Shown piece by piece: positions 1-12,762 of a stretch of DNA of 64,000 nucleotides. This stretch comes from an uncultured Solirubrobacterales bacterium. Lineage in GTDB: Bacteria > Actinomycetota > Thermoleophilia > Solirubrobacterales > Solirubrobacteraceae. Below the pieces are notes generated by a model, which searched no databases, was not told the DNA's origin, and was given only the letters and a program-made list of their open reading frames with translations. Numbering within the stretch: the first letter of the stretch is position 1; each line of letters begins with the position of its first letter. The translations under genes and the position numbers were made by a program. The stretch is from the NCBI GenBank assembly GCA_963849285.1, contig CAWKGS010000004.1, positions 180,800 to 244,799 on the forward strand. Reading direction: 5' to 3'.

Positions 1-735
1 GAGTCGCCCGCCGGCGACGGCGTGATCGACCTGGTCGCGCCGAGCTCGGTCCCCCGGTGGAGAACCCGGAGAAGATCATCTGCCTCGGGCTCAACTATCG
101 AGATCACGCCGAAGAGACCGGGATGGCCATCCCATCCTCGCCGATCGTGTTCGCCAAGTTTCCCAACTCACTGGTGGGACCATGCGACGAGATCGTCCTT
201 CCCGACGCGCTTGGTGACGAGGTCGACTACGAGGCGGAGCTTGCAGTCGTGTTTGGTCGCTCGTGCCGAGACATCGAGGCCTCGGAGGCGCTCGACTACC
301 TCGCCGGGGTGATGGCCTTCAACGACGTCAGCGCCCGCGAGCATCAGATGCGAAGCAGCCAGTGGATGCTCGGAAAGGCGATCGACACCTTCGCGCCGTG
401 CGGACCGGCGCTCGTCTCGCTCGACGAGATCGACGACGTCCAGGATCTCGACGTGATCGCGCGCGTCAATGGCGAGACGCTGCAGTCAGGCAACACGGGA
501 TCGATGATCTTCGGGGTCGCCGAGACGATCGCGTTCCTCTCGCAGCTGATGACGTTCGTCCCCGGAGACGTGATCGCGACCGGAACCCCCGCTGGTGTCG
601 GAATGGGCCGCACCCCGCCGCTCACGCTGCATCCGGGGGACACGGTCGAGGTCGAGATCGGAGGCGTCGGGACGTTGCAAAACCGCGTCACGGCGCAGGC
701 CGACGCGCGGCTCCGGTCAGTGGGGAAGGGCATGA
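1..735 (+). CDS. Fumarylacetoacetate hydrolase (FAH) family protein, 5'-partial, with apparent indels near positions 38 and 700-730
   Basis: Motifs KIICLGLNYRDHAEE, VDYEAELAVV, FNDVSARE, GKAIDTFAPCGP and GDVIATGTPAGVG in ORF 57..1751. A TGA at 733-735 overlaps the next ATG (ATGA) but lies in a different frame. Confidence 0.85.
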
Positions 736-1751
736 GCCTAAAAGCCCAGGCGGAGTCTGCCGGGATCCCGGCCCCCGCCGCAGAGACGCCCGAGCGCTCG
801 CGGCGCAACCTCGCCGCCCGCCTGCGCTCCCCCGAGTTCCTGGTCGTGATCTTCCTGATCCTGCTGTGCGTCGGGATGGGGATCGCGAACTCCAACTTCG
901 CCACCGAGATCAACTTCCAGAACATAGGCCGGCAGAGCAGCGTGCTGATCGTGCTCACCGTCGGGGTCCTGTTCGTGCTCCTGGTGGGAGGGATCGATCT
1001 CTCCCTCGCCGGGTCGATCGCACTGGTCACAGTCGTCTCGGCGCACCTCGCCAACTCGATTAGCCCCGGCGAGGCATTTCTCATTGCCGTTTTGATGGCC
1101 ACGGCAGTCGGGATCATCAACGGCGTACTGATCGCGGTCTTCGGTCTCACGCCGATCGTGGTCACGCTCGCGGGGGGTCAGGTCCTCTTGGGGATCGCCC
1201 TGTTGCTCACCCCCAACGGGCCGATCCAGCCCGCAAACCCGGATTACCTGAGCCTCGCCGCTTCCAGCGCCGGACCGGTGCCGACGATCTTCATCGCGGC
1301 GCTGGTCGCCCTCGGCGTGGGCTGGGTGATCCTCAAGCGCTTCAGCCTCGGGCGATATATCTACGCCGTCGGAGGAAACGAGACCGCCGCGTGGCTAGCC
1401 GGCGTGCCGACTAAGCGAGTCAAGCTGACCTCCTACGCGCTGGCCGGGATGTTCGCGGGGGTGGCGGGGATCCTGCTCTCCTCGCGCGTGGGCTCGGGGG
1501 ATCCCTCGCTCGGGCAGGCCGAGATGCTCGAGGCGTATGCCGCCGCATTCATCGGTGGCGTTGGCTTTGCGACCGGCCGCGGCACCGTCTTCGGCGTCGG
1601 AGTCGGGGCCCTGACGCTCGGCGTGATTGCGAACGGGATCGATCTGCTCAGCCTCAACACCGACTGGGAGTACATCGTCAGCGGCCTTTTGATCGTCGGC
1701 GCGATCGCCTTCCAGAAGGGCGCGGGCAACATGCGCTGGAGGCGCAGGTGA
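732..1751 (+). CDS. Sugar-type (CUT2, RbsC-like) ABC transporter permease
   Basis: Motifs GGIDLS, GRYIYAVGGNETAAWLAGV and AAFIGG, plus many TM segments. ATG at 732 follows a purine-rich GGGAAGGG. Confidence 0.9.
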   Translation: MSLKAQAESAGIPAPAAETPERSRRNLAARLRSPEFLVVIFLILLCVGMGIANSNFATEINFQNIGRQSSVLIVLTVGVLFVLLVGGIDLSLAGSIALVTVVSAHLANSISPGEAFLIAVLMATAVGIINGVLIAVFGLTPIVVTLAGGQVLLGIALLLTPNGPIQPANPDYLSLAASSAGPVPTIFIAALVALGVGWVILKRFSLGRYIYAVGGNETAAWLAGVPTKRVKLTSYALAGMFAGVAGILLSSRVGSGDPSLGQAEMLEAYAAAFIGGVGFATGRGTVFGVGVGALTLGVIANGIDLLSLNTDWEYIVSGLLIVGAIAFQKGAGNMRWRRR

Positions 1752-3419
1752 ACGGCCAAGAGCTCGACCGGACACCGACCTCCGTCGCTGAAGCCCCGGT
1801 TCGGCGGAGATCGAGGGCCTCGAGATCGAGAAGAGCTTTGACAGCGTGCGGGCGCTGCGCGGAGTCACGTTCGCGGTCGGCAGGGGCGAGGCGCTCGGCC
1901 TGGTCGGCGAGAACGGCGCGGGGAAGTCGACGCTGATCAACATCTTCACGGGCGCCCTGCAGCCGGACAGCGGCACTGTCCTCCTGAAGGTGAGCCGACC
2001 GTGCTGAAGAACCCGCGCGTCGCGCTCGGCCTCGGTATTGCCACGGTCCATCAGCAGAACCGCGTGGTGCCATCCATGTCGGTGATGGAGAACCTCGAGC
2101 TTGGTGACGAGCCAACTCGAACGCCGTTGCGATGGCTCTCGCGCACGGCACGCCCCGACGCTGTGGACGCGCTCGAGTTCGTGGGGATGGCAGATCGGGC
2201 CTCGGCGACGGTCGGTTCGCTCTCGCTCGCCGACCGGCAGCTCGTCTCGATCGCCCGCGCCGTCTCACGCGGCAGCCGCCTCCTGGTCTTCGACGAGCCC
2301 ACCGCGGCGCTCTCGCCGCTCGAGGCCAGATACCTGTTCGGAGTCGTCGAGCGGCTCCGCGCCGCGGGAACCGCGCTGCTGTACGTAACCCATCGCCTGC
2401 AGGAATTGCCGGAGGTCGTCGATCGAGTGATGGTCATGCGCGACGGCCGGGTCGTCGCCACTCGTGCCACCGACGTGAGCGAGCGTGAGCTCGTGGAGCT
2501 GATGGCTGGAGCGGAGACGATCGAGCACGACAAGGAGTTGGTCACCGAGCGACGGCAGGTGACAGCCCACCAGCGTCAGGATGAGTCCGCGCTGCTGAGC
2601 GTCTCCCGCCTCAGTGACCGTGAGGGGAGCTTCGAGGACATCACCTTTGACGTGCGGAGCGGTGAGATTCTCGGAATTCTCGGGCTCCCGGACTCGGGGG
2701 CGATCCAGGTCGCGCAGGCCATCGCCGGCGCCAGGCGCTATGCCCGGGGCGCGATCCGGATCAACGGATCGGATGTCCGCTATTCCTCACCGCGCGGCGC
2801 CATTCGCGTCGGCGTCGGGTATCTCGCGGGCGATCGAGCCCAGAAGGGAGTGCTCCCGAACTTCTCGGTGCGCGACACGATCACGCTGTCGGCGCTGCCG
2901 CGGACCAGCCGCGGGGGTCTGCTGCGGTTCGGGACAGAGAGCGAGTTGACCAGAGGACTGGTCGCCGACTGCCAGGTGCGCGCCGCTAGCACCGCCCTGC
3001 CGATGACTGCTCTGAGCGGTGGCAATCAGCAGAAGGCCCTGTTTGCTCGGCTGCTCGGCGCCGATCCGCGCCTGATCGTCTGCGAGGACGCGACCTCGGG
3101 CGTCGATGTGGCGGGCCGCGAGTCCATCTACGACCTGATCACGACGTGGTGCGAGCGCGGTAACGGCGCGCTTTGGCAAACGAGCGACCTGCGGGAGCTC
3201 GCCACGATCTGTGACCGGGTGCTCGTCCTGCGTGAAGGAACGCTGGTGAGGACCCTGACCAAGAACGAGCTGAGCGTTGATCGCCTGATGGCGGCCCAGT
3301 TCGCACAGCCGGGCTCTGGCAAAGGCGCGAATCCTGCGCCGTCGCCCGCCTCGCCGGCCCACGTCGAGGCATCGGGCACAGAAGCATCGCGAAAAGCGAA
3401 ATCGAGAGGAGAGAAGTAA
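1748..3419 (+). CDS. Sugar-type ABC ATP-binding protein (RbsA-like, two ATPase domains), interrupted by two frameshifts near 1800 and 1988
   Basis: Walker A GENGAGKST lies in the frame running ~1807-2006. The rest (VFDEPT, LSGGNQQK) is in ORF 2001..3419. Confidence 0.85.
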
Positions 3420-3422
3420 CTC

Positions 3423-4577
3423 ATGCCCACCCTTGCCGGTCGCGGACGTCACGCGATCATCATCACCTCGGCGCTTTTTGCGTCGCTGGCGGTCGGAGCC
3501 TGCGGAAGCAGCTCCTCATCCAGCAGCACCACGAGCAGCACCAGCACGCCGGCGGCCACGAGCTCAGCATCGACGTCGGCGCCCGCGACGGCGGCTGCAT
3601 TTCCGGACTACACCAAACTCGGGCCGCCCAACTTCACGCCTCCAAAGACGCAGAAGACAGTCGCCGTCCTATTCCCCGCCGAGGAGATCCCGGCCCAGAA
3701 GAGCGCCTTAATCGGCTTCGAGCAGGCAGCTGCGAAGGACAACGTCAAGCTCACGGTGTTCAACGCCGGCGGATTCGGCGATGTCACTCAGCAGGTCGCG
3801 CAGCTGGAGACCGCCATCGGGGAACACCCCGACGCGATCATCGTTGTCCCGACGTCGCCGACTGGTCTAAACGCAGGCATCGCCGGGGCGACCAGCAAGG
3901 GAATCCTCGTCACCGCTGCCCTGATCCCGCCCAGCTCTCCGGATATCAAGTTCTCGACCGTGGACCCGCTCCCGATCGACGGCGCGACAGCGGCGATCGG
4001 TCTGGCCAAGGCAATCGGTGGCAAGGGCGACATCTACGGCATTTTCGGCGGCGAGGGAGGCGCACCGAACACGCTGTTCGTCCAGGGCGCGCTGGCTGCG
4101 CTGAAGAGGTATCCGAACATCCACCTCGTCTACCGACAGGACTTCGTCAGCTACAGCCCCTCCGAATCTCTGAGCGCGGTCGAGAACGGCCTCACAGGGC
4201 ACCCGAACGTCGCGGGCATCCTGACCAACGACACCGGCCTGGCCGAAGGTGCATACCGGGCCCTGGCCGCCCACGGCAAGTCGACAGTCCCGGTGGTTGG
4301 CCTCGGGCCGAGCACAGCGACAGACATCAATTACCTCAAGGAGGGGAAGGTCGCGGTGGCCGACAGTCCTCCGTTCTACGCCGACTCGACGCTGAGCCTG
4401 GAGTGGACGCTCGCGATCCTCGCCGGTCAGAAGCCGCCCAAGTCGAAGCTGCTTGTGCTGCCGCCCACGGTCATCACAAAGGGCAACATCGATCAGGCCA
4501 TCTCCAGCGGGGCGCTCTTCCAGCTGCTTGCCCCGTCGACGATCGGTTGCGGCCCCGGCCAAGCGAAACAATGCTGA
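3423..4577 (+). CDS. ABC substrate-binding lipoprotein, periplasmic binding protein type 1 (RbsB-like)
   Basis: Lipobox AVGAC, a Ser/Thr-rich linker and PDAIIVVP; position within the ABC operon. Confidence 0.85.
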   Translation: MPTLAGRGRHAIIITSALFASLAVGACGSSSSSSSTTSSTSTPAATSSASTSAPATAAAFPDYTKLGPPNFTPPKTQKTVAVLFPAEEIPAQKSALIGFEQAAAKDNVKLTVFNAGGFGDVTQQVAQLETAIGEHPDAIIVVPTSPTGLNAGIAGATSKGILVTAALIPPSSPDIKFSTVDPLPIDGATAAIGLAKAIGGKGDIYGIFGGEGGAPNTLFVQGALAALKRYPNIHLVYRQDFVSYSPSESLSAVENGLTGHPNVAGILTNDTGLAEGAYRALAAHGKSTVPVVGLGPSTATDINYLKEGKVAVADSPPFYADSTLSLEWTLAILAGQKPPKSKLLVLPPTVITKGNIDQAISSGALFQLLAPSTIGCGPGQAKQC

Positions 4578-4687
4578 CCCGAACATCGCGTCGTAACAGT
4601 CGATAGCGCAGGGCGGGGTGCTTGACGGCCCGAGCGCCCCGCCAACGCATCCCGACCCTCGTAGACCCATCAGACAGGAATGAGATC

Positions 4688-5740
4688 GTGCCCCCAGTCA
4701 TCAACGTCCACACGCATTACCAGCCAGGGTCGGTGCTGCCGATCATCGAGCCCTACGGGATCGAGATGGTCACAGCGCCGGACGGCAGCTGGCACTTTCG
4801 CTCGGGCGACGTCGAATACAACATCCCGGGAACCCCCGACAAGTTCTGGGGCAGCGGCCTTGGCGGCCAGATCCCGGAGATGGACGCCGCCGGCATCGAC
4901 ATCAACGTCCTACAGCCGAGCCCGATGATCTTCAGCTATCACCTCGACCCGGAGGTGAATCAGGAGTTCTCGCGGGCCTTCAACAACGAGACGGCGAAGC
5001 ACATCGCCGAGCACCCCACCCGCTTCTGGGGCTCCGCGCAGCTACCGATGCAGGATCTGGAGATGGCGGCGGCCGAGCTCGAGCGCTCGATCAACGAACT
5101 CGGTCTGAAATCGTGCTCGGTCGGTTTCATCCTCGGCCCCGACAAGACGCTCGCCGACCCCGAGTGTGACGAGTTCCTCTCTACGGTCGAGCGGCTCGAC
5201 GTACCACTCCTGCTGCATCCGGTCGCGCTGGGCCAGGACATGGACGTCGTCGCGGGTCGCGCGAGCTGGCTGCTCAAGTACCAGATGGACTGGGCGTGGG
5301 GGTACCTGTTTACAGAGACCGTCGCGGTCGTCGGCTTCATCTTCAGCGGCGCGCTTGACCGCCACCCCGACCTGCGGGTCATGATTCCCCACGGCGGCGG
5401 GATGATCCCCTACCAGCTCGGGCGCATGGAATATCAGGCGAAGGTGTTCGGCGCCGGTCACCGCGGCGCGGGCGAGCAGCTGCAGCGGCCTCCGGTGGAG
5501 TACCTCGGGCGCTTCTACTTCGACACGGTCGTCCACGAGCCGCGCTCGCTGGAGCTCCTGATCGACGTGATGGGCGAGGACAACGTCGTGCTTGGCTCCA
5601 ATTACCCCGGATGGGACAACGCGCCGATCTGGGAGACGATCCGGGCACTGCCCAATCTCAGCGATCGAGCCAAAGAGAAGATCCTCGGAGAGAACGCGGC
5701 TGACCGCCTGTTCCGGGTCGACGTCCCCGTGCCCGCCTAG
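4688..5740 (+). CDS. Amidohydrolase-2 family protein (ACMSD-like decarboxylase/hydratase)
   Basis: Motifs NVHTH, LLLHP, IPHGGG, YFDT and LGSNYP. Confidence 0.85.
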   Translation: MPPVINVHTHYQPGSVLPIIEPYGIEMVTAPDGSWHFRSGDVEYNIPGTPDKFWGSGLGGQIPEMDAAGIDINVLQPSPMIFSYHLDPEVNQEFSRAFNNETAKHIAEHPTRFWGSAQLPMQDLEMAAAELERSINELGLKSCSVGFILGPDKTLADPECDEFLSTVERLDVPLLLHPVALGQDMDVVAGRASWLLKYQMDWAWGYLFTETVAVVGFIFSGALDRHPDLRVMIPHGGGMIPYQLGRMEYQAKVFGAGHRGAGEQLQRPPVEYLGRFYFDTVVHEPRSLELLIDVMGEDNVVLGSNYPGWDNAPIWETIRALPNLSDRAKEKILGENAADRLFRVDVPVPA

Positions 5741-5745
5741 AGCTG

Positions 5746-6051
5746 ATGCGCTATCTCGTATCCATCGCTCCAGAGACCCAGGCCAACAACGAGATCGATC
5801 GCTCCGGCGAGGTCATGCCCCTGCTGAATTGGCTCAAGGACACGTTCAAGCCGGAGGCCTTCTATCTGGAGGCCGCGCAGCGCAAGATCTGGATGGTCGC
5901 CGAGTTCGAGACGGCGGGAGATCTGAACAAGCTGACGTGCATCGGGATCTTCAAGTTCGGTGCCTATCCCGAGTTCCGGCCGCTGTTCACCGAGGATGAG
6001 AACACGACCGCGATCCCGGCCTCTCTGGCGCTGATGGAGTCGATCTCGTGA
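5746..6051 (+). CDS. Small alpha/beta protein, GYD/DUF3303-like (tentative)
   Basis: 101-aa ORF coupled to both neighbours; KPEAFY and PEFRP pattern. Confidence 0.5.
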   Translation: MRYLVSIAPETQANNEIDRSGEVMPLLNWLKDTFKPEAFYLEAAQRKIWMVAEFETAGDLNKLTCIGIFKFGAYPEFRPLFTEDENTTAIPASLALMESIS

Positions 6052-7058
6052 AGCTCGGTCGTGTCCTTGCGAGCAGTGCCGAGGATCAGGAACCGCGGAT
6101 TGTCGTCCTCGGCGAGGGCGGTGCCGCGAACGACGTCCGCACCGCCGAGCGGCTGCGCCTGCAGCGCACGGGGATGGGGCGAGCCGCCGCGGCCCGGCTC
6201 GCCGCCGCGGTCGTGCCGGGCAGCATGACGGCCGCGCTCGAGGCCGGATCCGTATTCGTCGAGGCCGCGTCGCAGGCCGCGGCCGATACGAGCGGGGACT
6301 CAGCGTTGGGCGGGGAGCTGGAGTTGATCGCTCCGCTTGACCCGCCCTCGTTCCGTGACTTCATGGCCTTCGCCGAGCACTTCGAGACGGCAAACCGGAA
6401 GGCCGGCCGCGAACCTCCGGCCGTGCTCTACGAGCTGCCCGTGTCCTACCTGGGCAACCACCACGCGATCATCGGGCCCGAGCAGGAGATGCCCTGGCCG
6501 GCCTATAGCCGCCAAATGGACTACGAGCTCGAGATCGGGATCGTGATCGGCAAGCCCGGCCAGAATCTCACGCCCGAGCAGGCGATGGGTCACGTCTTCG
6601 GCTTCACCATCCTCAACGACTTCAGCGCTCGCGATATCCAGCTGCGTGAGATGGCGGGCGGACTGGGGCCGTCCAAGGGCAAGCACTTCGCTTCGGCGGT
6701 GGGACCGTGGATAACGACCGCCGACAGCCTCGACGCCGGGCACCTCGAGATGAGCGCACGGGTCAACGGAGAGACGTGGTCGCACGCCTCGAGCGACTCG
6801 ATCACGTGGACGATCCCGGAACTGGTCGCGTGGGCATCGGCTGGAGAGCAGCTTGTAACCGGGGCGCTGCTCGGGACCGGAACCGTGGGCGGAGGTTGCG
6901 GCCACGAGCTCGGGCGGCAGCTCGAGCCCGGCGACATCGTCGAGCTGGAGATAGAGGGGATCGGCGTCCTTCGCAACAGGCTCGGTTCGCCGCCGCCGAT
7001 GGCATGGACGCCCACCGCCAAGCAACGACCCGAGATCCCGACATCAGCGAGGGCCTGA
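6048..7058 (+). CDS. Second FAH-family hydrolase
   Basis: Motifs MDYELEIG, LNDFSARD, KGKHF and GTGTVGGG. Confidence 0.9.
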   Translation: MKLGRVLASSAEDQEPRIVVLGEGGAANDVRTAERLRLQRTGMGRAAAARLAAAVVPGSMTAALEAGSVFVEAASQAAADTSGDSALGGELELIAPLDPPSFRDFMAFAEHFETANRKAGREPPAVLYELPVSYLGNHHAIIGPEQEMPWPAYSRQMDYELEIGIVIGKPGQNLTPEQAMGHVFGFTILNDFSARDIQLREMAGGLGPSKGKHFASAVGPWITTADSLDAGHLEMSARVNGETWSHASSDSITWTIPELVAWASAGEQLVTGALLGTGTVGGGCGHELGRQLEPGDIVELEIEGIGVLRNRLGSPPPMAWTPTAKQRPEIPTSARA

Positions 7059-7991
7059 ATGCGCAAGCACCTGATCTCGCAACTCGGCCACGTCGAGCTG
7101 ATGACACCGAGAGTCGAAGAGAGCGCCGCGTTCTTTCACGACGTCCTCGGTCTCGAGGTGTCGGCGCGTGCGGGGCAGTCGATCTACATGAGGTGCTGGG
7201 GCGAGTTTCACCATCACAGTCTGAAGCTCACCGAGGGCCCGCAGAGCGAGCGTCCCGAGCTCGGTCACTTCGCGTATCGGGCGGAGGGCCCTGAGGAGCT
7301 GCAGGCCCTGGTCGAGGTAATAGAGGGCACGGGACTCGGGATCGGGTGGAGCGACGGGGACGTCGGGCACGGTCCGGCGTATCGCTTCCGGAGCCCCGAC
7401 GATCACCCGGTCGAGGTCTTCTGGGAGGTCGAGCGATGGCAGGCGCCTAGCGGCCAGAGGGGCCCGGTTCACAGCCGCCCGCAGAAGTACCCAACACGGG
7501 GCGCCGCGGCTCGCCGCCTTGACCACATCAACATCACCTGCAAGACGGTCACTCCGGTGCGCGAGTTCTTCTGCAACGACCTCGGTCTGACCCACTCGGA
7601 GATGGCTCGCATCGACGGGACCCTCGAGGAGCTCATCTCCCTCGCCCCCTCGAACAACATCAACCACGACCTCTCGATCACCAAGCACTTCACCGGTTTG
7701 AGCGGCGGGGTCAGCCACACGGCGTTCTGGTACGACACCCCCGACGAGATCATGCGACTCGCCGACATCTGCCGTGACTACGACGTGCCGATGGAATGGG
7801 GACCCGCTCGACACCTCGGGAGCGAGCTCTTCTTCCTCTACATCCGCGAGCCCGGGGGACATCGGATCGAGCTCTGCACCGGGGGTTATCTCGTGTTGGC
7901 CCCGGACTGGAAGACGGTCGAATACCTGGCATCCGAGAACCAGGCGGTCTACTGGACCGGAGAGCTTCCGGAATCAATGTACGGCGACTGA
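7059..7991 (+). CDS. Extradiol ring-cleavage dioxygenase (catechol 2,3-dioxygenase-like, VOC superfamily)
   Basis: Residues equivalent to the XylE Fe ligands and active site: RLDH, NHD, SHTAF, RH, LY and RIEL. Confidence 0.9.
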   Translation: MRKHLISQLGHVELMTPRVEESAAFFHDVLGLEVSARAGQSIYMRCWGEFHHHSLKLTEGPQSERPELGHFAYRAEGPEELQALVEVIEGTGLGIGWSDGDVGHGPAYRFRSPDDHPVEVFWEVERWQAPSGQRGPVHSRPQKYPTRGAAARRLDHINITCKTVTPVREFFCNDLGLTHSEMARIDGTLEELISLAPSNNINHDLSITKHFTGLSGGVSHTAFWYDTPDEIMRLADICRDYDVPMEWGPARHLGSELFFLYIREPGGHRIELCTGGYLVLAPDWKTVEYLASENQAVYWTGELPESMYGD

Positions 7992-8003
7992 AGGAGAACG
8001 ACG

Positions 8004-8414
8004 ATGGCGGTAATCCGAGCTGGTGATCGGCAGGTCGTGTGGCGGGCGGGCGAGAGCGAGGCTCACGAGCTCAGGCCCGGTCGCTTCGGCGAGCTGATGC
8101 TCGGCGACCACATCTCGGTGGTCAAGTGGACCTTTCCTCCCGGCACCCCGCAGGGAAAGCTCCACTCGCACTCAGACCACGAGCAGTGGACGTACATCAT
8201 CTCCGGGCGCTTCGAGGTGCAGATCGGCGACGAGGTCACGGTGCTCGGACCGGGTGATGTCTCCTACTCGCCGAAGAACGTCCTGCACGGCAACACGCTC
8301 GTCGTTGGCGATGAGCCAGTGGTCGTGCTCGACATCTTCTCGCCGCCTCGGGATGAGTTCGTCAACGCCGCGGCGGGCGGTCCACCGGTCGAGGTGCGCG
8401 GTCCCAATGACTGA
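8004..8414 (+). CDS. Cupin domain protein
   Basis: HSHSDHEQ, G-x-F-x-V-x-IG and PKNVLHG cupin motifs. Confidence 0.9.
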   Translation: MAVIRAGDRQVVWRAGESEAHELRPGRFGELMLGDHISVVKWTFPPGTPQGKLHSHSDHEQWTYIISGRFEVQIGDEVTVLGPGDVSYSPKNVLHGNTLVVGDEPVVVLDIFSPPRDEFVNAAAGGPPVEVRGPND

Positions 8415-9393
8415 CCTGTCCTCGGCGCCACTGTTCACCGAGGCCGAGCTCGCCGACCTCTGCCGAAGCGGCACCGACCGCTTCACGGAGGCGATCCAGT
8501 CAGCGACTGCGGCCGAGGCTCTCGCCACCTACGAGCAGCTCGAGGGGGCGATGCGGGGCTTCTGCACCGTCTATCTGGACTGGCTCGCGCTCACCGACGA
8601 GTACGTGTTCGAGACCCACGGCCATCAGGGTCATGCGCTCGCCTTCCGGCCGGAGCGAACCGCCGAGCTCGCCGTCCGTACCGGCATGTCGCTCGAGGAC
8701 CTCGTCGCCGCGCAGCCGCTCGTGGCTGGCCCCGATAACCCGCTGACCGCAAAGATGACCGCGGCAATCGAGGCCGGCAACCAGCCCCTCGCAGTTGACA
8801 CCTGGCACGAGGTCGAGCGGCTCCTGCGCAACGTTCACGATCTCCGCCGCGATCTGATCTCAGACCTCCTCGGGTGGATCTATCGAGAGCACGGCGCGGA
8901 GGGGCTTCAGGCGGCGCAGGAGTACTGCGCCCCGCGCGGATGGTGGCGCGAATCGATGCCGCGGGATTTCGCAATCGACCCCAAGCAGCGCCTCTCCGAG
9001 GTCGTGTTCATGCTCACAGTCGGCGCCTTCTCCGAGCAGCGGGTCACCGAGGAGGACGACCGCTGGGTGGTCCACCAGATCGTCTGCGGCAACTGCGGTC
9101 GCCAGGTCCGTGACCGCTACCACGACTCCTCCTGGGGGCTCGAGACGGTCACAGAACAGGGGCCGCTGACGTTCGGGCAGCCCGCGTTGACGATCTACCA
9201 GACGCACCTCGCCGTGATCCACCACATGTACGCGATCGACATCGTCGGCGCGCCGTGGCCGTCGTTTGACTGCGCCGGGCTCGCCGCCGGCGAGCGCCCC
9301 TGTCGCCTGATCGTCTACAAGGACCCATCGCGCACGGCCGCCGAGTTCTACGAGATCGTCGGCAGGACGGCGCCCACTGGCGCCCGCGGGTAA
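8407..9393 (+). CDS. Uncharacterised Cys/His-rich protein, paralogue 1
   Basis: ATG overlaps the cupin 3' end. Motifs HDLRRDLISD, CGNCG, HLAVIHH and CRLIVYKDP are shared with the next gene. Confidence 0.8.
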   Translation: MTDLSSAPLFTEAELADLCRSGTDRFTEAIQSATAAEALATYEQLEGAMRGFCTVYLDWLALTDEYVFETHGHQGHALAFRPERTAELAVRTGMSLEDLVAAQPLVAGPDNPLTAKMTAAIEAGNQPLAVDTWHEVERLLRNVHDLRRDLISDLLGWIYREHGAEGLQAAQEYCAPRGWWRESMPRDFAIDPKQRLSEVVFMLTVGAFSEQRVTEEDDRWVVHQIVCGNCGRQVRDRYHDSSWGLETVTEQGPLTFGQPALTIYQTHLAVIHHMYAIDIVGAPWPSFDCAGLAAGERPCRLIVYKDPSRTAAEFYEIVGRTAPTGARG

Positions 9394-9399
9394 CGGAGG

Positions 9400-11380
<1,981 letters not shown>

Positions 11381-11394
<14 letters not shown>

Positions 11395-12762
11395 TCGCTC
11401 GCTATCGGTTCCCTCGCCAGGGCGTCTGCTCGTCGTCGGAGCCGGATACATGGGGGCGCAGATCACGCTGCAGGCGGCGTCGTGCGGTTGGGCGGTCTCG
11501 GCCGTTGACCCCGATTCTGCGGCGCTGGCGCGCGTTCAGGCAAATCACGATCAGCTCGTGCGCGCCGAACTACGCTCAGCCCCCGAGGAGCAGCCAGGGA
11601 GCGTGCGGTGCGCGACGGAGCTGGAGCCGGTCGCGGGTGGGGTCGACATCGCTATCGAGGCGGTCTCCGAGCGGCTGGAGGTAAAGCGCGAGGTCTTTGC
11701 CGCGCTCGACCGGCTCACGCCCCCGGACGCGCTGCTGGCGACCAACAGCTCCGTAATCAGGATCGGCGCGATCGAGGACGTGGCGTCCCACCCCCAGAGA
11801 CTGCTCAACATGCACTTTTCCCGCCCGTCGCAAAGCGGCCTCTGGTCGAGTTGATGCGTGGCACGCATACCTCGAGCGATGCGCTGGAGCGCGCCCGGAG
11901 CTTTGCAACGAGCATCGGCATGACGCCGGTGTTGGTGCGACGCCCCAGCACCGACTTTCTGTTCAACCGTGTCTGGCGGGCGATCAAGAAGGAGTGCCTA
12001 CGCGTCGTCGAGGAGCGCGTCGGCACGCCCGAGGACCTCGACCGCGCGTGGATGATCATCTACGGCACTGACGAGAGGCCATTTGGAGGCATGGACTCGA
12101 TTGGCCTCGACGTGGTGCTGGAGATCGAGCGGGTCTACCACGCCGAGTCGGGCCTCGACGCGGATCGCCCGCCGCAGTTCCTGATCGACATGGTCGCCCA
12201 GGGGCGGCTCGGCGTGAAGTCGGGAGCCGGCTTCTACAGCTACCCGGACCCCGCATTCCCCTCCGCTGGCTTTATCAACCGACCCATTGCGGTGAGCCCG
12301 GTTAGGAGTCAGACGCCCCGTGAGTCGCTGATCGGTACCTGGCGGCTGGCCTCCTTTGACCACTTCGGCGCCGACGGCGAGCTGCTGGCGCACCTCTATG
12401 GCGAGGAGCCGCGCGGCTACATGACCTACACGGATGCCGGTCGCTTCCATCTCAACGTGATGCGGACCGACCGCGAGCGCTTCCGCGGCCGGATCCCAAA
12501 GGACGGGAGCGTGCAGGAGCAGGCCGCGGCCTTCTCGAGCTCGCTGTCCTACGCCGGCACATGGGACATCACCGCGGCCGCCGGCGCTCCGGTGATGACA
12601 CACCGAGTCGAGATCAGCTCGTTTCCGAACTGGTCGGGAGCCGAGCTGCGGCGCACGCTGCGAGTCAGCGCGCGGGAGCTGGTCATCACTGCGACCGGCG
12701 GGCTGCCACCGGGTCAGAAGGTCGTGGTCACCTGGGAGCGTGAGGACGGCGGCCGTGGCTAG
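11381..12762 (+). CDS. 3-hydroxyacyl-CoA dehydrogenase fused to a C-terminal lipocalin-like domain, frameshifted near 11820
   Basis: VVGAGYMG, IEAVSE, ATNSS, HFF, FNR and GRLGVKSGAGFYSY, followed by LIGTWRL, SYAGTW and HRVEISSFPNW (Lipocalin_5-type). Confidence 0.8.

Noticed and set aside
3505-3600. AGC/ACG-rich repeat stretch
   Set aside because: It encodes the Ser/Thr linker typical of lipoproteins.
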